Below are positions 25,130 to 37,699 of a DNA stretch of 64,000 nucleotides, piece after piece. Numbering within the stretch: the first letter of the stretch is position 1; every line of letters begins with the position of its first letter. Origin of the DNA: Selaginella moellendorffii (Eukaryota > Plantae > Lycopodiophyta); the NCBI RefSeq assembly GCF_000143415.4, contig NW_003314275.1, forward strand, positions 1,121,955 through 1,185,954, in the 5' to 3' direction. Below the pieces are notes generated by a model. It ran no database searches, had not been told where the DNA came from, and saw only the letters and a program-made list of their open reading frames with translations. Position numbers and translations under genes: made by a program.

Positions 25130-25555
25130 ATTCCGATAAACTCATGCTTTTTCAGGTGGATTTTTCTGTCGCGTTTTTGCTTCTCTCCCGTTTCTTTGTT
25201 CGTTTCGTTGCTGTTGTGACGAGAAATGCTGGTGTATAGGATTCAAGGAAATGAGAAGGCGGGAATGGTCGGTGCGGTTTTCAGCGCCATAGATCTGATG
25301 AGAGTGGACAAGTTTGTTGTAAGATTTTGTTCCACTTTTCACGTTTTCTCGAGTAAATTAGTTTTGGGCATGCAACAATGTTGCTGGTGGATTTTTCTTG
25401 CGTAGACTGGTTTTCTACCTGGATTTGTAGGAGACATTGCGTTTCGCGTCTTAGACGCGATCTATTCCAAGCAACAGCGCAGTCCGCAGGAAAAGGAAAT
25501 GAACGAGGAGAAGTGGTCAACGAAACTCGAGGTTTCGTGTGTGATGCATAATGCA
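25130..25555 (+). pseudogene. COQ5 partial duplicate (exons 1-4 plus introns), degenerate
   Basis: Colinear with ~22670-23200 (CAGGTGGATTTTTCTGTCGCG, GGATTTGTAGGAGACATTGCGTTTCGCGTCTTAGAC). Multiple deletions. Confidence 0.88.
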
Positions 25556-26339
25556 ATATGAGAACTTGGCAATACACTCTGAACCTTTGATCTTTGGAAG
25601 TTCCTTTTTAATTTCCTTTTTAATGAGGAGACAATAGTTTTCTTAAGCATTAATTCAGTGCAAGTAGGCCGACAATGACAATGACTCTCAACAGGAGAGA
25701 GAAACACCAAAGCAACATGTCTTTATTTCTTACTAGCACTTGCCTAGCATATGTTGTCCTATTAGCAAAATACTGTTTTGATTATAAAAAATTATATTCC
25801 ACTTTGAAAGAAGAATTGAGGGAATTATGTGAACACAAAAATCAATTCTTGTAAACTTGATAATATAAATATTTAGAACAAAATATTCTTAGGCAAAAGT
25901 AAGAATAAATATTCATTAATAAAAATACTATATACAAATTATTATTTGGTAATATGAATATATTTAAAAAATACCAAACCCAGAAAAAAATAAAAATAAA
26001 AATTCTAATATTAATAATTTGTTATATGTAAATTATATTTTACTTGGGATAAACTTATATTAAGATTTTATCAAACAAAAGAAAATAATTAATAAGAATA
26101 ATTATTACTCATTTTTATTAGCAAGACATTATTTAATTATGTGGTTTACTTAGAATATAAAATAATAATTTTTTAGGAACATTAATATATTACTATCCAG
26201 ATCCAGTCAAGAAAACAATTACTAACAAAATCTTTCATAAATATATATGTTATAGAAACTGTAATTCCATAGTATTTTGTATTAATAAACTATATTTACA
26301 GTTAGGAAAAAGATTTTAAAATATTATTGCTTAATAAAA

Positions 26340-27286
26340 TACTGCATACATTATCTTAGTATTCAGGTGGCGGGATTGGGAAATGCCCCTCGTCTTGTGG
26401 CTCACCGCACAATCGTTGAATTCGTCCACCACCTTGTTCTTGAAAATGTCTCTGCATTTTATTTGAAAGTATTCATGAATCACAACGATCGATTGATCCA
26501 AAAAAGTTTTACACAAAATCTCAAGACTTACCTGGGCACTTGGTTTCGTCAGGTCGATCATTACAAGTTTGTAAGCACAAAAGATTTGGAATGCATCGAG
26601 CAAGCTCCAATCTAGAGGAAAAAAAAAACACTTATCTTAAAAGAGAAGAATAAAATTACCAACATTCTTTCAAAAGACAAGACCATGTCTTGAGAGCATC
26701 AGCTGCAAATGCAGGAGTTGCAAGCAAAATCGCACTAACAAAAACCACAGCTATGTGTGTTCTCCAGTTCAAATGGTTTCCTAGCAAAAATTCCCTCTTC
26801 TTAATGGATTTCTTGATGATGGGCTCTTTACATTGCTTCCTAAAAAGCTCCTAGTGATCCTAATAGACAATCTTGAGAAGTATAACCTAATTATAGTTTT
26901 TCTTTGGCTACTTGATTGCCAATCTCTCTACAGCCCTCTTGCTCAAGCAATGCTGCTGCCGAGCGAGCCTAGTACCTAGAGTAGTGCAAAATATGCATTG
27001 GCAAAACAGATAAAAAGAAAAAGAGATAAAAATACCTGGTCACCACATCTAGAACTCTTCCAAACTGGCACATTGTCACAAAATCCAGCACCTACTCGAA
27101 GATCTTAAACATCTCCACATCAAAGATCCTGTCACCATGGCTGATGAACACTACATTCTAGTCAAGTGGCACATTCGGATGCTGCAACAGGTCACTCCAC
27201 CACTAGGAGGATGATCAATCCTACTCTAGTCGCTAGATCTTTCTCACAGCCTTGGGCTGCTGCTGTTGCTTGAGCAATCTAGATGT
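26340..27286 (-). pseudogene. Unidentified spliced gene remnant truncated by the LTR element at 27287
   Basis: Exon-like blocks separated by GT...polyY-AG segments (e.g. 26985-27036). The reading frame WWSDLLQHPNVPLD*NVVFISHGDRIFDVEMFKIFE*VLDF has in-frame stops. No family recognised. Confidence 0.3.
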
Positions 27287-27519
27287 TGTGAGACACAAAA
27301 TCCCTAGGCCCCAAAGTGGAGCCAAAACAGGTGCCACGTGGTAGTGGCCGGAGCGAAAGCCAAACGAGCGTAACATGTTTGGACTAAAGCTCCGACTTGA
27401 AAGGTTGAGAGCGGGAGTGGAACTCTCAACAAAGTGCTCGAGGAGCGAGCACGAAGCGAGCAATAAGCAAAGCTCCAAAAAGGGACCCAAAAGGACCAAC
27501 ATATAACATGTGGAAGTGT

Positions 27520-28027
27520 CTGAGATGGATCTGAGATGGACCCGAGATGGAGTCCAAGATGGACCTGAGATAGAGTCTAAGATGGAGTCCGAGATGGACC
27601 CGAGTTGGAGTCCGAGGTGGACCCGAGATGGAGTCCGAGATGGACCCGAGATGGACCCGAGATGGAATCTGAGATGGACCCGAGATGGAGTCTGAGATGG
27701 ACCCGAGATGGAGTCCCAGATGGATTCGAGATGGAGTCTGAGATGGACCCGAGTTGTAGTCTGAGGTGGACTCGAGATGGAGTCCGAGATGGACCCGAGA
27801 TGGAGTCCGAGATGGACCCGAGATGGAGTCCGAGATGGACCCGAGATAGAGTCCAAGATGGACCCGAGATAGAGTCCAAGATGGACCCGAGATGGAGTTC
27901 GAGATGGAGTCCAAGGTGGAATCGAGACCAAGACTGAGACTGAGTTCGAGTTTGAGTTTGAGTTCGAAACTGGGACCGAGACCGAGTTTGAGTCTGAGTC
28001 TGAGTTTGAGTCCGAGTCCGAGTCCGA
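27520..28027. repeat. Minisatellite inside the 5' LTR: alternating GAGATGGACCC / GAGATGGAGTCC units followed by GAGTCC-type hexamers
   Basis: Visible directly in the sequence. Produces the spurious repetitive ORFs in the track. Confidence 0.95.
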
Positions 28028-31000
28028 ATACTAATACAGGCAGTTGGGTGAAAGCCCAAAGCAATCGTCCCCCAGGGGGGGCAGGGGGCCTGCGGGGGGT
28101 TCCAAAAGTATAGTAGAGAGAGTGTGGGGGTTGGAGCCCAATGGAGCCAGTTTGGCTAGGAAAGGCCAATTTGGCCTAGGAAGGCCAGACCCAGTGTTGG
28201 GTGATGATTTGACTACTGGGAAGTCCAAGACTAGAGTGAGTACGGATCGACAAGCGGGGTAGTTTGGTGAAGTGTTCAAGAGCCGGCTTTAGTTCCCCTA
28301 GGAGATCGAATGGTCGATACTCCCAGTCCAAGTGTGGGTGGCACTACTTACTTGGATACCTGGCGTGGCTCAACGGAACCTCGCTCTAAGCCCATGGCTA
28401 AAGCACTCAAAGGCAGAAGGCAAGGAGAGTACCCACGAGGCTCGCGTAAGGCCACGGTGTTCCAAAATGTCGCCCCAAAGTCCTAGACTGTGAAAAGAAA
28501 GAGGAGCAATCCTCTAATGTAGAGACCAAAGATACAGTCATGTGTGGAGGACGTTTTAGAGGACTGTGGGACTTAGTGGTCGGGCTTGTGGGCCTTGATC
28601 CAGTGGCAGTGTTGGCAAACACGGGCATGGGACTTGGTGGGGACCAGAAAAGGGATATTGGGGAAGGCTAATCTCTATGTTTGTGGGCATCCTAAGGATG
28701 CTAAGGAGTGGATCTGGGATAATCACTCATGGATGGATGATTCATTCCTTGAGAAACAGGACAGTGATGTAGGTGGTGTTAGACCACTAGTGTGACCAAG
28801 GTGAAGGGGCATGGCATTAGTGTAACAGGTTGATATGTCGGTGGTACCTTGGGGTGTTGGTCATGGGATTAGACACGTGGAACACTTGGATCAAGTGCAA
28901 AAGTTGAGTGGCAGGGATGCCATTCTCGGGGCTAGCAAGCCCAAGTCCAAAATAAGACTTATAGAGGTTGAGAGTGAGACTTCTCCAAGTGGTTGGAGGT
29001 GTGGTTAAGTAACTAAAGTAGAATGGAAAAATTAGTCGCTTACAATTTGGTATCGAAGTTGTTCCTTAGTCTGACTTTTATTAGTGCTCAAATATATCAC
29101 CATTGATGTTGGCATCGGAAGGTCCTAGGAGTGGGCCTATACTTGAGGAGTAGCATGTCGAGAGGATATGGCTCTCCACTCAAGTTCATGCATGAAATTG
29201 GGCACAATGTGGTGGATAGAAAAGGGCCAGTAAGGGAACAACTTTGGGATCTTGGGAATAGTATAAGGGTTTCCTTAGAGAGTTGAGGATGTGATCCAGA
29301 TGAGCATTTGACTTAGCAAACTGGCTAATGTAGTTGTGGTAAACAACTATAGTTGGGATTACAAAAAAGATAGAGACTCCAAAGTAGTTGAGGTTGGTGC
29401 TCATGATTGTGAGACCAGAAATAATGACTACGGGAGGTCAAATACAGAAGAGGACACAAGTCCTTGAAATGGTAGCCAAGGTTATCTTTAACAAATGCTG
29501 AAACAACCTAAGGAGTTAAGAGTGTACTTAGAGGATGAGTTGGTATTCTCATCACATGGACAAGTAGTCCAAAGGGGCAAAGGTTGCCCCCATAGAACAA
29601 AATCAAGTCTTGGAGTAACACTTGCAAAGATGGTCTTTGTGAGTAGAGCACAAATACAAGAAGTTGTATTTTAGTAAGATAGCACCTCAAAACAGGACCT
29701 TATGAGTCATTGGATTATAAAGTCCAAAAATGCTAGATGACTCAAGTAAAGTTAAGGAATGGTCTTAAGGGGTTGCTAAAAGCATTTAGACCGAGGTGTG
29801 TGGTGCCTCACGAAGAATGGGGAGGATCATAAGATCCAAGCATGAGAATAGTGGGCATTTCATTGATAGCAAAAGGTGTCATACTAAGGTTGTGGAAAAG
29901 GTGTTTTCAGAAGAAAACAACTTTGACACAAAGTTGTGTGTAAACTCTATATTGTAATGCTAACAGATAGTTGGCATGAGAAAGGATCATATTGGTCTTG
30001 GCAAAAATCTAAACACAAATAAGAAGTGTCATAAAGGTAAGTTTGTGGAGCTGATGATACGGAGGCACCGAATGTGCTAAGGCGTGATGCCTTAAGATGA
30101 AGTTGGCGGGTTTCCTTCCAATTTAAGCTATGTCATTCCCATTTCCATTAGGATTTGTTTGGGAAGGGGTTCTCGTCATGCGGTTGGAGTGTGGTGACCT
30201 AGATAATGATGGAGGTGTGAAAGCACCAAATAATGAGTTGTAAGATTTGACAATTATAAGGCAACTAAGCAAGAGGTGCAAGATAATTGGTTAAACAGGT
30301 AAAAGGTAGCTACCCAAGGCTTCTTAATGAGGAAGTTAGATATACCCTTATGGGGGATAAATTGCTTATGTTACGATATAGTGACTCAATATCGTAAAAG
30401 GAAATCTTCATTATCAAAGAAGCCATCATTAGGACATCCAAACACTCTAGAACACCAAAAGGTGGTATTTAGTGTCGCGAGGGCAATAAATAAAGCCTAA
30501 GGGACTAAGAATGATGGATAGAATGTGCTATCCAAATGTCTAAGGTTGCGGAGACAGAAGAAGACTGTCTACCCGAATTGGATAAAGCCAAAATGGAATT
30601 TTGGCAAGGTTAGTGATGGGCATATAAAAGCCCATAAGTAGCAACATTAGTCCCGGTATGTGGGATTATAAGTTGAGGAACCACTCCCTAGACTATCGAA
30701 TTGAGGAACCACTCCCTAGGCTATCGGATAGATTCATCTCTAAGAATACTTGCTACGACATAGTAGAAAGTGCAAAATTATCCTCCCAGTCTGGAGGAGA
30801 ACAACTGAAGGAAATGTATGAGGCCAAAGGCAAGTAGTAAGGGGATAAAATTAAACTGTAAGAATCAAATTGCATAACTAAGGTTGGTTATGCTAGTTGA
30901 GAGTGGAGAATCAAATGGGTGCTTAAGCATGTTATTATTAGCAACCGTGATGCCATGGAGAGTCTAAAGCATGGGATTGTCTATGTTAGACCATATGGCA

Positions 31001-33277
31001 ATTTAAAAGCTTGCGAAATGAGAGGCCTTACCAAGCTAAGGGAAAAAGTTCCTTCAAAGGTTCCCAAAGACAATTTTAGGTAGCTTAGTACTTAGAAAGC
31101 CAAGTATAAATGGTTCATAGAGCGCGCGAAATCAGAATGGTGCAACAGAACAGTGGTCTTGAAGCTTGCCAAAAGGCAAGGCTATTAAGGCTAGGGAAGT
31201 AATTCCCGAGTGTTCAAAGAGAGGACTTTAAACCAAAGTCGATGGTTAAGGACTTTCACGCTTATGCATGAACCATATTACGATAGTCGAATGATTTATT
31301 AAGTGAGATTAACAAGTCAGGGGAACAAATACCCTAGTTGAAGGAGCCAACTTTAAAAGGGTGGCCTGTGAGGCCAAGCATGGAGGAGTAGATTTGTCAA
31401 GTGAGAGGACTTGCCAGTGCAAAGGAACTAAGTTCCTAAATTATGATTTGTAGCGTGTTTTAACTATAAGTTGGTGCAGTCACGCCAGGCATCTTGGATG
31501 ATGCTTTCCGTAGATGCATATACGAAGGTTGGGTTCGAGTCTCGACCCTCTAGTGCTTGGGTTTGAGTCCCAACTCATTAGGGCGCGGTAATGGTTTGGA
31601 ATATAAGGACATTCATTTTTTGGTGGTCATGGACTCTCAATAAGGAGACTGGCTTGGGCACACTGCCAAGTAGAGGATGCCCCAGAGTCATGATGCATGG
31701 TTAGATTGCTTAATGTGGTTCGGCATATCTAACTTGAACACTTTGGTGCGAGTGGCACCAAGGACGTGGTGAATGAGATAGGGACACCCAATGTCAGTTG
31801 CTATGGACCCTTAGCCGGAAGGGCTGGCTTGGGTGCACTGCCAAGTGTGGGGGATGCCCCCGGGGTCATGGTAAACAACTTAAAGGTCTGGAAGACTTAT
31901 TACCTATCGGCAAACCTATTAAGGCGCCAAGGTTAAATCACAAGGTGATCTTATAGCCAAAACAAAAACAAAGTCCTTATGAGGTAAGAAGGATAAAGTT
32001 TTTATTTCAAAGTGTTGATTTGAACTATTGATGATGGTGTGGCTTAGTCAAGATGACCAAGTGGGAAGAACCCCTAAGAGAAATGATTTGTGACAATGCA
32101 ATGGCATTGGGAGTCCAAAGAAAGTAGTCTTTATAAGAGATCTGTGGGAGGGTCCCAAAGTTGCGCCAGGGATAGAGCCCACGATAGAAAATGCTAAAGA
32201 AGGGGTGAACACCCTCTAGACTTGGCAAAACAAAGTTTTTGCTATGGAACCGAAAAGATACCTTGAGAATGGAGGTAGTGATCCGATATTGTTGGGTGCA
32301 ACAATCAAGGATAAGAGCAAAAAACTAATGGCAAAGGAAAGAGCCATGGGAATCAAGGGAAAGAATCCAAAAGGCAAAGTTAAGCCAAGACCACTAATAT
32401 GTTGAGTGTTAACGAATTGTGGGAAAGGCAATATATTTCTAAGGATGGATTCCCAATTGCTCCGATTTAGCGAAAGTGGAAGCTCCAAGGGAGGGAGTGG
32501 TGAGGTAGCCAAATGATAGGGCCATGAACAACCCTAACACAAATTATGAAAACTGGAACTTAATGCCCAAGGTGGCACGAAATAGAAGAGAGGATGATAG
32601 TGCCGTCAAGTAAAGAACTTCCTAGGATGGGGAAGTGGGGTTGCATAATATGTACAATGCAAGGTGTCGGAGACACTTAAGAAATTGACTTTGAGAAGTC
32701 AAAAGTAAAAATTCCAAAGTGCAAAGGTTATATCAATGGAAATTGAGATTACTCGAGAAGGAGTAGTAGGGCTAAGATAAAGATGGTGTTTTTAACAGGT
32801 TAGCGAGAACTAAACCAATAAAAGGAGAGGACCACCACAAGTGGTCCAATCAGTCTCTAAGTTGGAGAGACTAGGCTTCTTGGAGGATGGGCAAGGCGTG
32901 GTGAGCCTTCAGTATTAAACCATTGACGAATATTGGCGAGGTGCCAAGAATGGAAAGGGTAATACATGTTAGTATTACTTTATAAAATAGTTTATCGTTC
33001 GATGAGGACATCAAACTTTGTCTATGGGTGGTGGAGTTGTGAGACACAAAATCCCTAGGCCCCAAAGTGGAGCCGAAAAAAGTGCCATATGGTAGTGGCC
33101 GGAGCGGAGCGAAAGCCAAACAAGCGTAACACATTTAAACTAAAAGCTCCGACTTGAAAGGTCAAGAATGGGAGTGGAACTCTCAACAAAGTGCTCGAGG
33201 AGTGAGCACGAAACAAGCAATAAGCAAGGCTCCAAAAAGGGACCCAAAAGGACCAACACATGATATGTGAAAGTGTC

Positions 33278-33674
33278 CGAGATGGATCTGAGATAGACCC
33301 GAGATGGAGTCCGAGATGGACCCGAGTTGGAGTTTGAGGTGGACCCGAAATGGAGTTCGAGATGGACCCGAGATGGAGTCCGAGATGGAGTCCGAGATGG
33401 ACCCGAGATGGAGTCCAAGATGGAATCTGAGATGGACCCGAGTTGTAGTCTGAGGTGGACCCGAGATGGAGTCCAAGATGGACCCGAGATGGAGTCCGAG
33501 ATGGACCTGAGATGGATTCCGAGATGGACCTGAGATGGAGTTCAAGATGGACCCGGGATGGAGTCTAAGATGGACCCGAGATGGAGTTCGAGATGGAACC
33601 GAGACCGAGTCCGAGTCCGAAACCGGGACCGAGACCAAGTCCAAGTCCGAGTTTGAGTCCGAGTCCGAGTCCGA
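33278..33674. repeat. Same minisatellite inside the 3' LTR (shorter array)
   Basis: Same 11/12-mer and hexamer units, with fewer copies than in the 5' LTR. Confidence 0.95.
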
Positions 33675-34113
33675 ATACTAATACAGGCAGTTGGGTGAAA
33701 GCCCAAAGCGATCATCCCTCAGAGGGGCAACAGGGGGTTCCAAAAGTATAATAGAGAGAGTGTGGGGGTTGGAGCCCAATGGAGCCAGTTTGGCCAGGAA
33801 AGGCCAGTTTGGCCTAGGAAGGCCAAACCCAGTGTTAGGTGATAGTCTAACCACTGGGAAGTCCCAAACTAAAGTGAGTACGGACCGACAAGCGGGGTAG
33901 CTTGGTAAAGTGTTCAAAAGCTGGCTTTAGTTCCCCTGGGAGATCAAATGGTTGATGCTCCCAATCCAAGTGTTGGTGGCACTACCTACTTGGATACCAG
34001 GCGTGGCTCAACGAAACCTCACTTTAAGCCCATGGCTAGAGGACCCAAAGGCAGAAGGCGAAAAGAGTACCCACGAGGCTTGTGTAAAGCCACGGTGTTC
34101 CGAAATGTCACCC

Positions 34114-34681
34114 CAAAGTCCCAGACTGTGAAAATGAAAAGGAGCAGTCCTCTAGTGTAGAGACCAAAGATACGATCATGTGAGGAGGAAGTCCTAGAGG
34201 ATTGTGGGACTTAGTGGTCAGGCTTGTGGGCCTTGATCCAGTGGCAGTGTTGGCGAACACAGCCATTGACAGAAAAAGGACTTGGTAGGGACCGGAAAAG
34301 GGATATTGGGGAAGGTTAATCCCTATGTCTATGGGCATCCTAAGGATGTTAAGGAGTTGATCTGGGATGATCACTCATGGATGGATGACCCGTCTCTCAA
34401 AGTCCCAGACTGTGAAAATGAAAAGGAGCAGTCCTCTAGTGTAGAGACCAAAGATACGATCATGTGAGGAGGAAGTCCTAGAGGATTGTGGGACTTAGTG
34501 GTCAGGCTTGTGGGCCTTGATCCAGTGGCAGTGTTGGCGAACACAGCCATTGACAGAAAAAGGACTTGGTAGGGACCGGAAAAGGGATATTGGGGAAGGT
34601 TAATGCCTATGTCTATGGGCATCCTAAGGATGTTAAGGAGTTGATCTGGGATGATCACTCATGGATGGATGACCCATTTCT
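34114..34681 (+). repeat. 284-bp near-perfect tandem duplication inside the 3' LTR
   Basis: CAAAGTCCCAGACTGTGAAAATG at 34114 and again at 34398. Single-copy in the 5' LTR. Confidence 0.92.
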
Positions 34682-34800
34682 TGAGAGACGGGACAGTGAT
34701 GTAGATAGTGTTAGACCACCGGTGTGACCAAGGTGAAGGGGCATGGCCTTAGCGTAACAAGTTGATATGTCAGTGGTACCTTGGGGTGTCAGTCATGGGA

Positions 34801-34995
34801 TGTAAGCTCCTGAGTTTGGACTTCCCGGGAGGTCACCCAGCCCAGTACTATTCAAACCCAAGGACGCTTAACCCCAAATATCCCAAGACCCTTAACCGAT
34901 TGGAAAAGGGGGTGCACTCTTGTTCATGGGCCCTTTCCCTCTATATTTAAACCCCTATGGATCGTCTCTCGAGTCGTTCCCTTTGGTTGCTTACA
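34801..34995 (-). mobile_element. Cassandra-type solo LTR (best-preserved copy) nested in the 3' LTR
   Basis: TG...CA termini. TSD TGGGA (34796-34800, 34996-35000). Minus strand of 34818-34873 reads GGTTAAGCGTCCTTGGGTTTGAATAGTACTGGGCTGGGTGACCTCCCGGGAAGTCC. The site is empty in the 5' LTR (~28865). Confidence 0.95.
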
Positions 34996-35463
34996 TGGGA
35001 TTGGACACGTGGAGCACTTGGACCAAATGCAAAAGTTGAGTGGCAAGGATGCCATTTTCAGGGCTAAAAAACCCAAGTTCGAAATAAAATTTATGGAAGT
35101 TGAGAGTAAGACTCCTTTTAATGGTCAAAGGTGTGAGTAAGTGACTAAAGTAAAATGGAAAAATTAGTCACTTACAAATGTTTAAATGACAAATGCAACC
35201 ACAATCAATACATTTGCATGTGACATGTGTTATTAAGCCTTCCTTTCTTGCCACACGTGGTTTAGCCACCTCCTATTGGCCAGGAGCAAATATTAGTGCA
35301 ATTATTCGCTAATACATGGTAAAAAAAAACCACCTTACACTATTGGACGGCTGCAATTGGCTGAATCCAGCGGCCTAGAAAGTTCGGCAACTCTTTATTA
35401 TGATAGATAATTCTTTAGAAGTCTTTTTCAATAAATAAAAGTCAAAATAACTCAATAACATGC

Positions 35464-35614
35464 CATAGCTTAGACACAAGAACGGGTCACAAGCTCCTTG
35501 AATTTTGTCATACTGCAAAAGTCTGGATTCTCAACGGCACTGGAGATCTGTCACGCCCAACCAACCATTGCTGTTCAGCTTGTGACCCGTTGTGTCAAAC
35601 GTGTCTAAGCTATG
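35464..35614. repeat. Fold-back (two perfect stems of 14 and 15 bp) ~60 bp upstream of the CYP start
   Basis: CATAGCTTAGACAC (35464-35477) pairs with GTGTCTAAGCTATG (35601-35614). AACGGGTCACAAGCT (35481-35495) pairs with AGCTTGTGACCCGTT (35577-35591). Confidence 0.85.
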
Positions 35615-35675
35615 CTAAGCCAAGCTTGAGCTAAGAGCTTGGCTTGTGGTATTGACAAACAATTACCAATCCAAA

Positions 35676-37216
35676 ATGTTTTGGGCAGTGGTGCTCCTCC
35701 TTCTCACAGCTCTCATTTTCAAGCAATGGCTCTCCAGCAAATCACTAAATCTCCCGCCAGGTCCCAGAGGATTACCACTCATCGGCCACTTCCATCTCCT
35801 GGGCAGGCTCCCACACATCTCACTCCAGCAGCTCTCCAAGAAGTTTGGACCCCTCCTTCACTTACGCCTGGGATCCGTCCCCTTGGTTGTAGTTTCCAGT
35901 CCAGCCATGGCCAAAGCATTTCTCAAGACCCACGACACGGAATTCGCCTACAGGCCTCGCAACAACGTGGTTTCCATAGTCACGGATTACAAAACCATAA
36001 CTTTCGCTCATGGAGACTACTGGAAGAAGCTGAGAAAGCTTTGCACCACTGAGCTCTTCACGGCCACGAGGGTCAGTATGAACACGCAGATCATCCGGGA
36101 CGAGCTGTGGGAGCTCAGTCGCGAGCTCTTGAGAGCTTCTGAGGCTGGCCAGGTTGTGGGAGTGAGATCACACTTGAAGGTTCTGAACTTCAACATCATG
36201 ACTCGCATCCTTATGAAGAAGAGCTACTTTGGAGCCAAGGCCTCGGGGGATCCTGCCATTGCCAAGGAGGCATTGGATTTCATGGATATGATTGATGAGA
36301 TCCTCGAGGTGGGAGCGTCATTCTCGATCACTGACTATTTCCCCTACTTGAGCTGGCTCGACTTGGTTGCTGGCCGTGCAAGGGTGGCTGGGCATAAGAT
36401 GAATGGTTTCTTGCAGAAGGTTTTAGACGAGCAGCGTCCCGGTGAGGTTCCTGATTTCGTGGAGATCACAAGGTCTTGCCTTGGAAACAATGCGTTCAAT
36501 CTCAAAGCTTTGCTCTTGGTAAGTATAAGAACTTCAAAATTTGTATAGAAACTTGTGATTTCTTTTGTGATCAGGATCTACTTGTTGCTGGATCTGAAAC
36601 ATCATCCACAGTGAGCGAGTGGGCTCTGGCAGAACTTCTTCACCACCCAGATTGGATTGTCAAAGCTCAACAAGAGATCGAGAGTGTTGTGGGACGCAAA
36701 CGCATGGTCGAAGAGGCAGACATATCCAAGCTTGAGGTCGTAAATGCCATCATCAAGGAAACATTTCGTCTCCACCCTCCTCTTTCTTTGCTCTTACCAC
36801 ATGCATCAATTGCAGCCCACAAGGTTGCTGGCTATGACATCCCCAAGAACACAATGCTACTTGTGAATGTCTATGCGATTGGAAGAGACCCCCAAGTTTG
36901 GAGTGATCCTCTGGAGTTCCAGCCCCAGAGATTCATTGGCAGCAACATGGGTGTCCACGGCCAAGACTTTGAGTTGCTTCCATTTGGATCTGGAAAGAGG
37001 TCTTGCCTGGGACTTCCTCTGGGTCTCAGGACCGTCCAACTTGTTCTTTCCAATCTTCTTCATGGTTTCGAGTGGGATTTCTCAAGCAGTGAAAAAGATC
37101 AGCCCATGGGTGAAGTTATGGGTTTTGTAAACTTCATGGCACACGCTCTCAAAGCCAGGATCAGGCCCAGACTCGATGAAGATGCTTACAGCACGCTCAA
37201 GTTGACTTTGAAATAA
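35676..37216 (+). CDS. Cytochrome P450, CYP71 clan (A-type), two exons (intron 36519-36574)
   Basis: Membrane anchor followed by LPPGP. I-helix AGSETS, KETFR, PQRF, and heme motif FGSGKRSCLG. Single phase-0 intron typical of A-type P450s. Confidence 0.95.
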
Positions 37217-37699
37217 CAGTAACATATATTAACAGATGACTTGTGACAGGCCACCTAAAGTCTCCATGGTTTATGTCAAGTACCCAGCCTGATTATGCAG
37301 AGGGGCTGTCAATATTGGTTTGATCCGCATAGCACTTTAGGGGGATGGTGTCAGGATTTGGGAGATGGTAGTTATCATAAACAGTACGGGAATTTCGGGT
37401 TTAGATGATACCATTAGTCTTTAGTTTAAGTGTGTTTTCTCTTTTAGTAAGGAGTATTTCTTTGTAACTTGTGGGAAATATAACGTTCCTAAGTTTGTAA
37501 TAACAATTTAAGTGTGTTGGAGATAAAACCATGAGTCCGTTAAAATCCATGAACAGGGTTTGTTAGCGTCATTTATAACTACAGTTCTACAGGGATTTAG
37601 GGTTTCCACGATCGAGCGGATCGATCGATCGATCGAGAGGTGAGCATTCTCGGTTTGCTTGCCGCGCATCCGATTGCAGCTCTCCGGATCTCGTCATCC

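Larger units (their letters stand above)
27287..35176 (+). mobile_element. Full-length decayed LTR retroelement (~7.9 kb; LTRs 27287-29044 and 33038-35176), non-autonomous
   Basis: Both LTRs begin TGTGAGACACAAAATCCCTAGG and end ...CTTACA. Near-TSD GATGT/AATGT. PBS-like TGGTATCG at 29048. PPT ATGGGTGGTGGAGT before 33038. The ~4-kb interior has no long ORF. Confidence 0.9.

Noticed and set aside
27520-27920. CRISPR-like array
   Set aside because: The units are contiguous with no unique spacers, there are no cas genes, and the context is a eukaryotic LTR.
27233-28169. Long repetitive ORFs (extensin- or mucin-like) on both strands, also at 33140-33644
   Set aside because: By-products of the LTR minisatellite, open in several frames on both strands.
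31525-31590. tRNA gene
   Set aside because: Only T-loop/B-box-like motifs are present. I could not build a cloverleaf or acceptor stem.
34818-34873. 5S rRNA gene
   Set aside because: Only ~56 nt of the ~120-nt 5S (the internal promoter region) is present. It lies inside a TG...CA LTR with a TSD and lacks the 5S 5' end and poly-T terminator.
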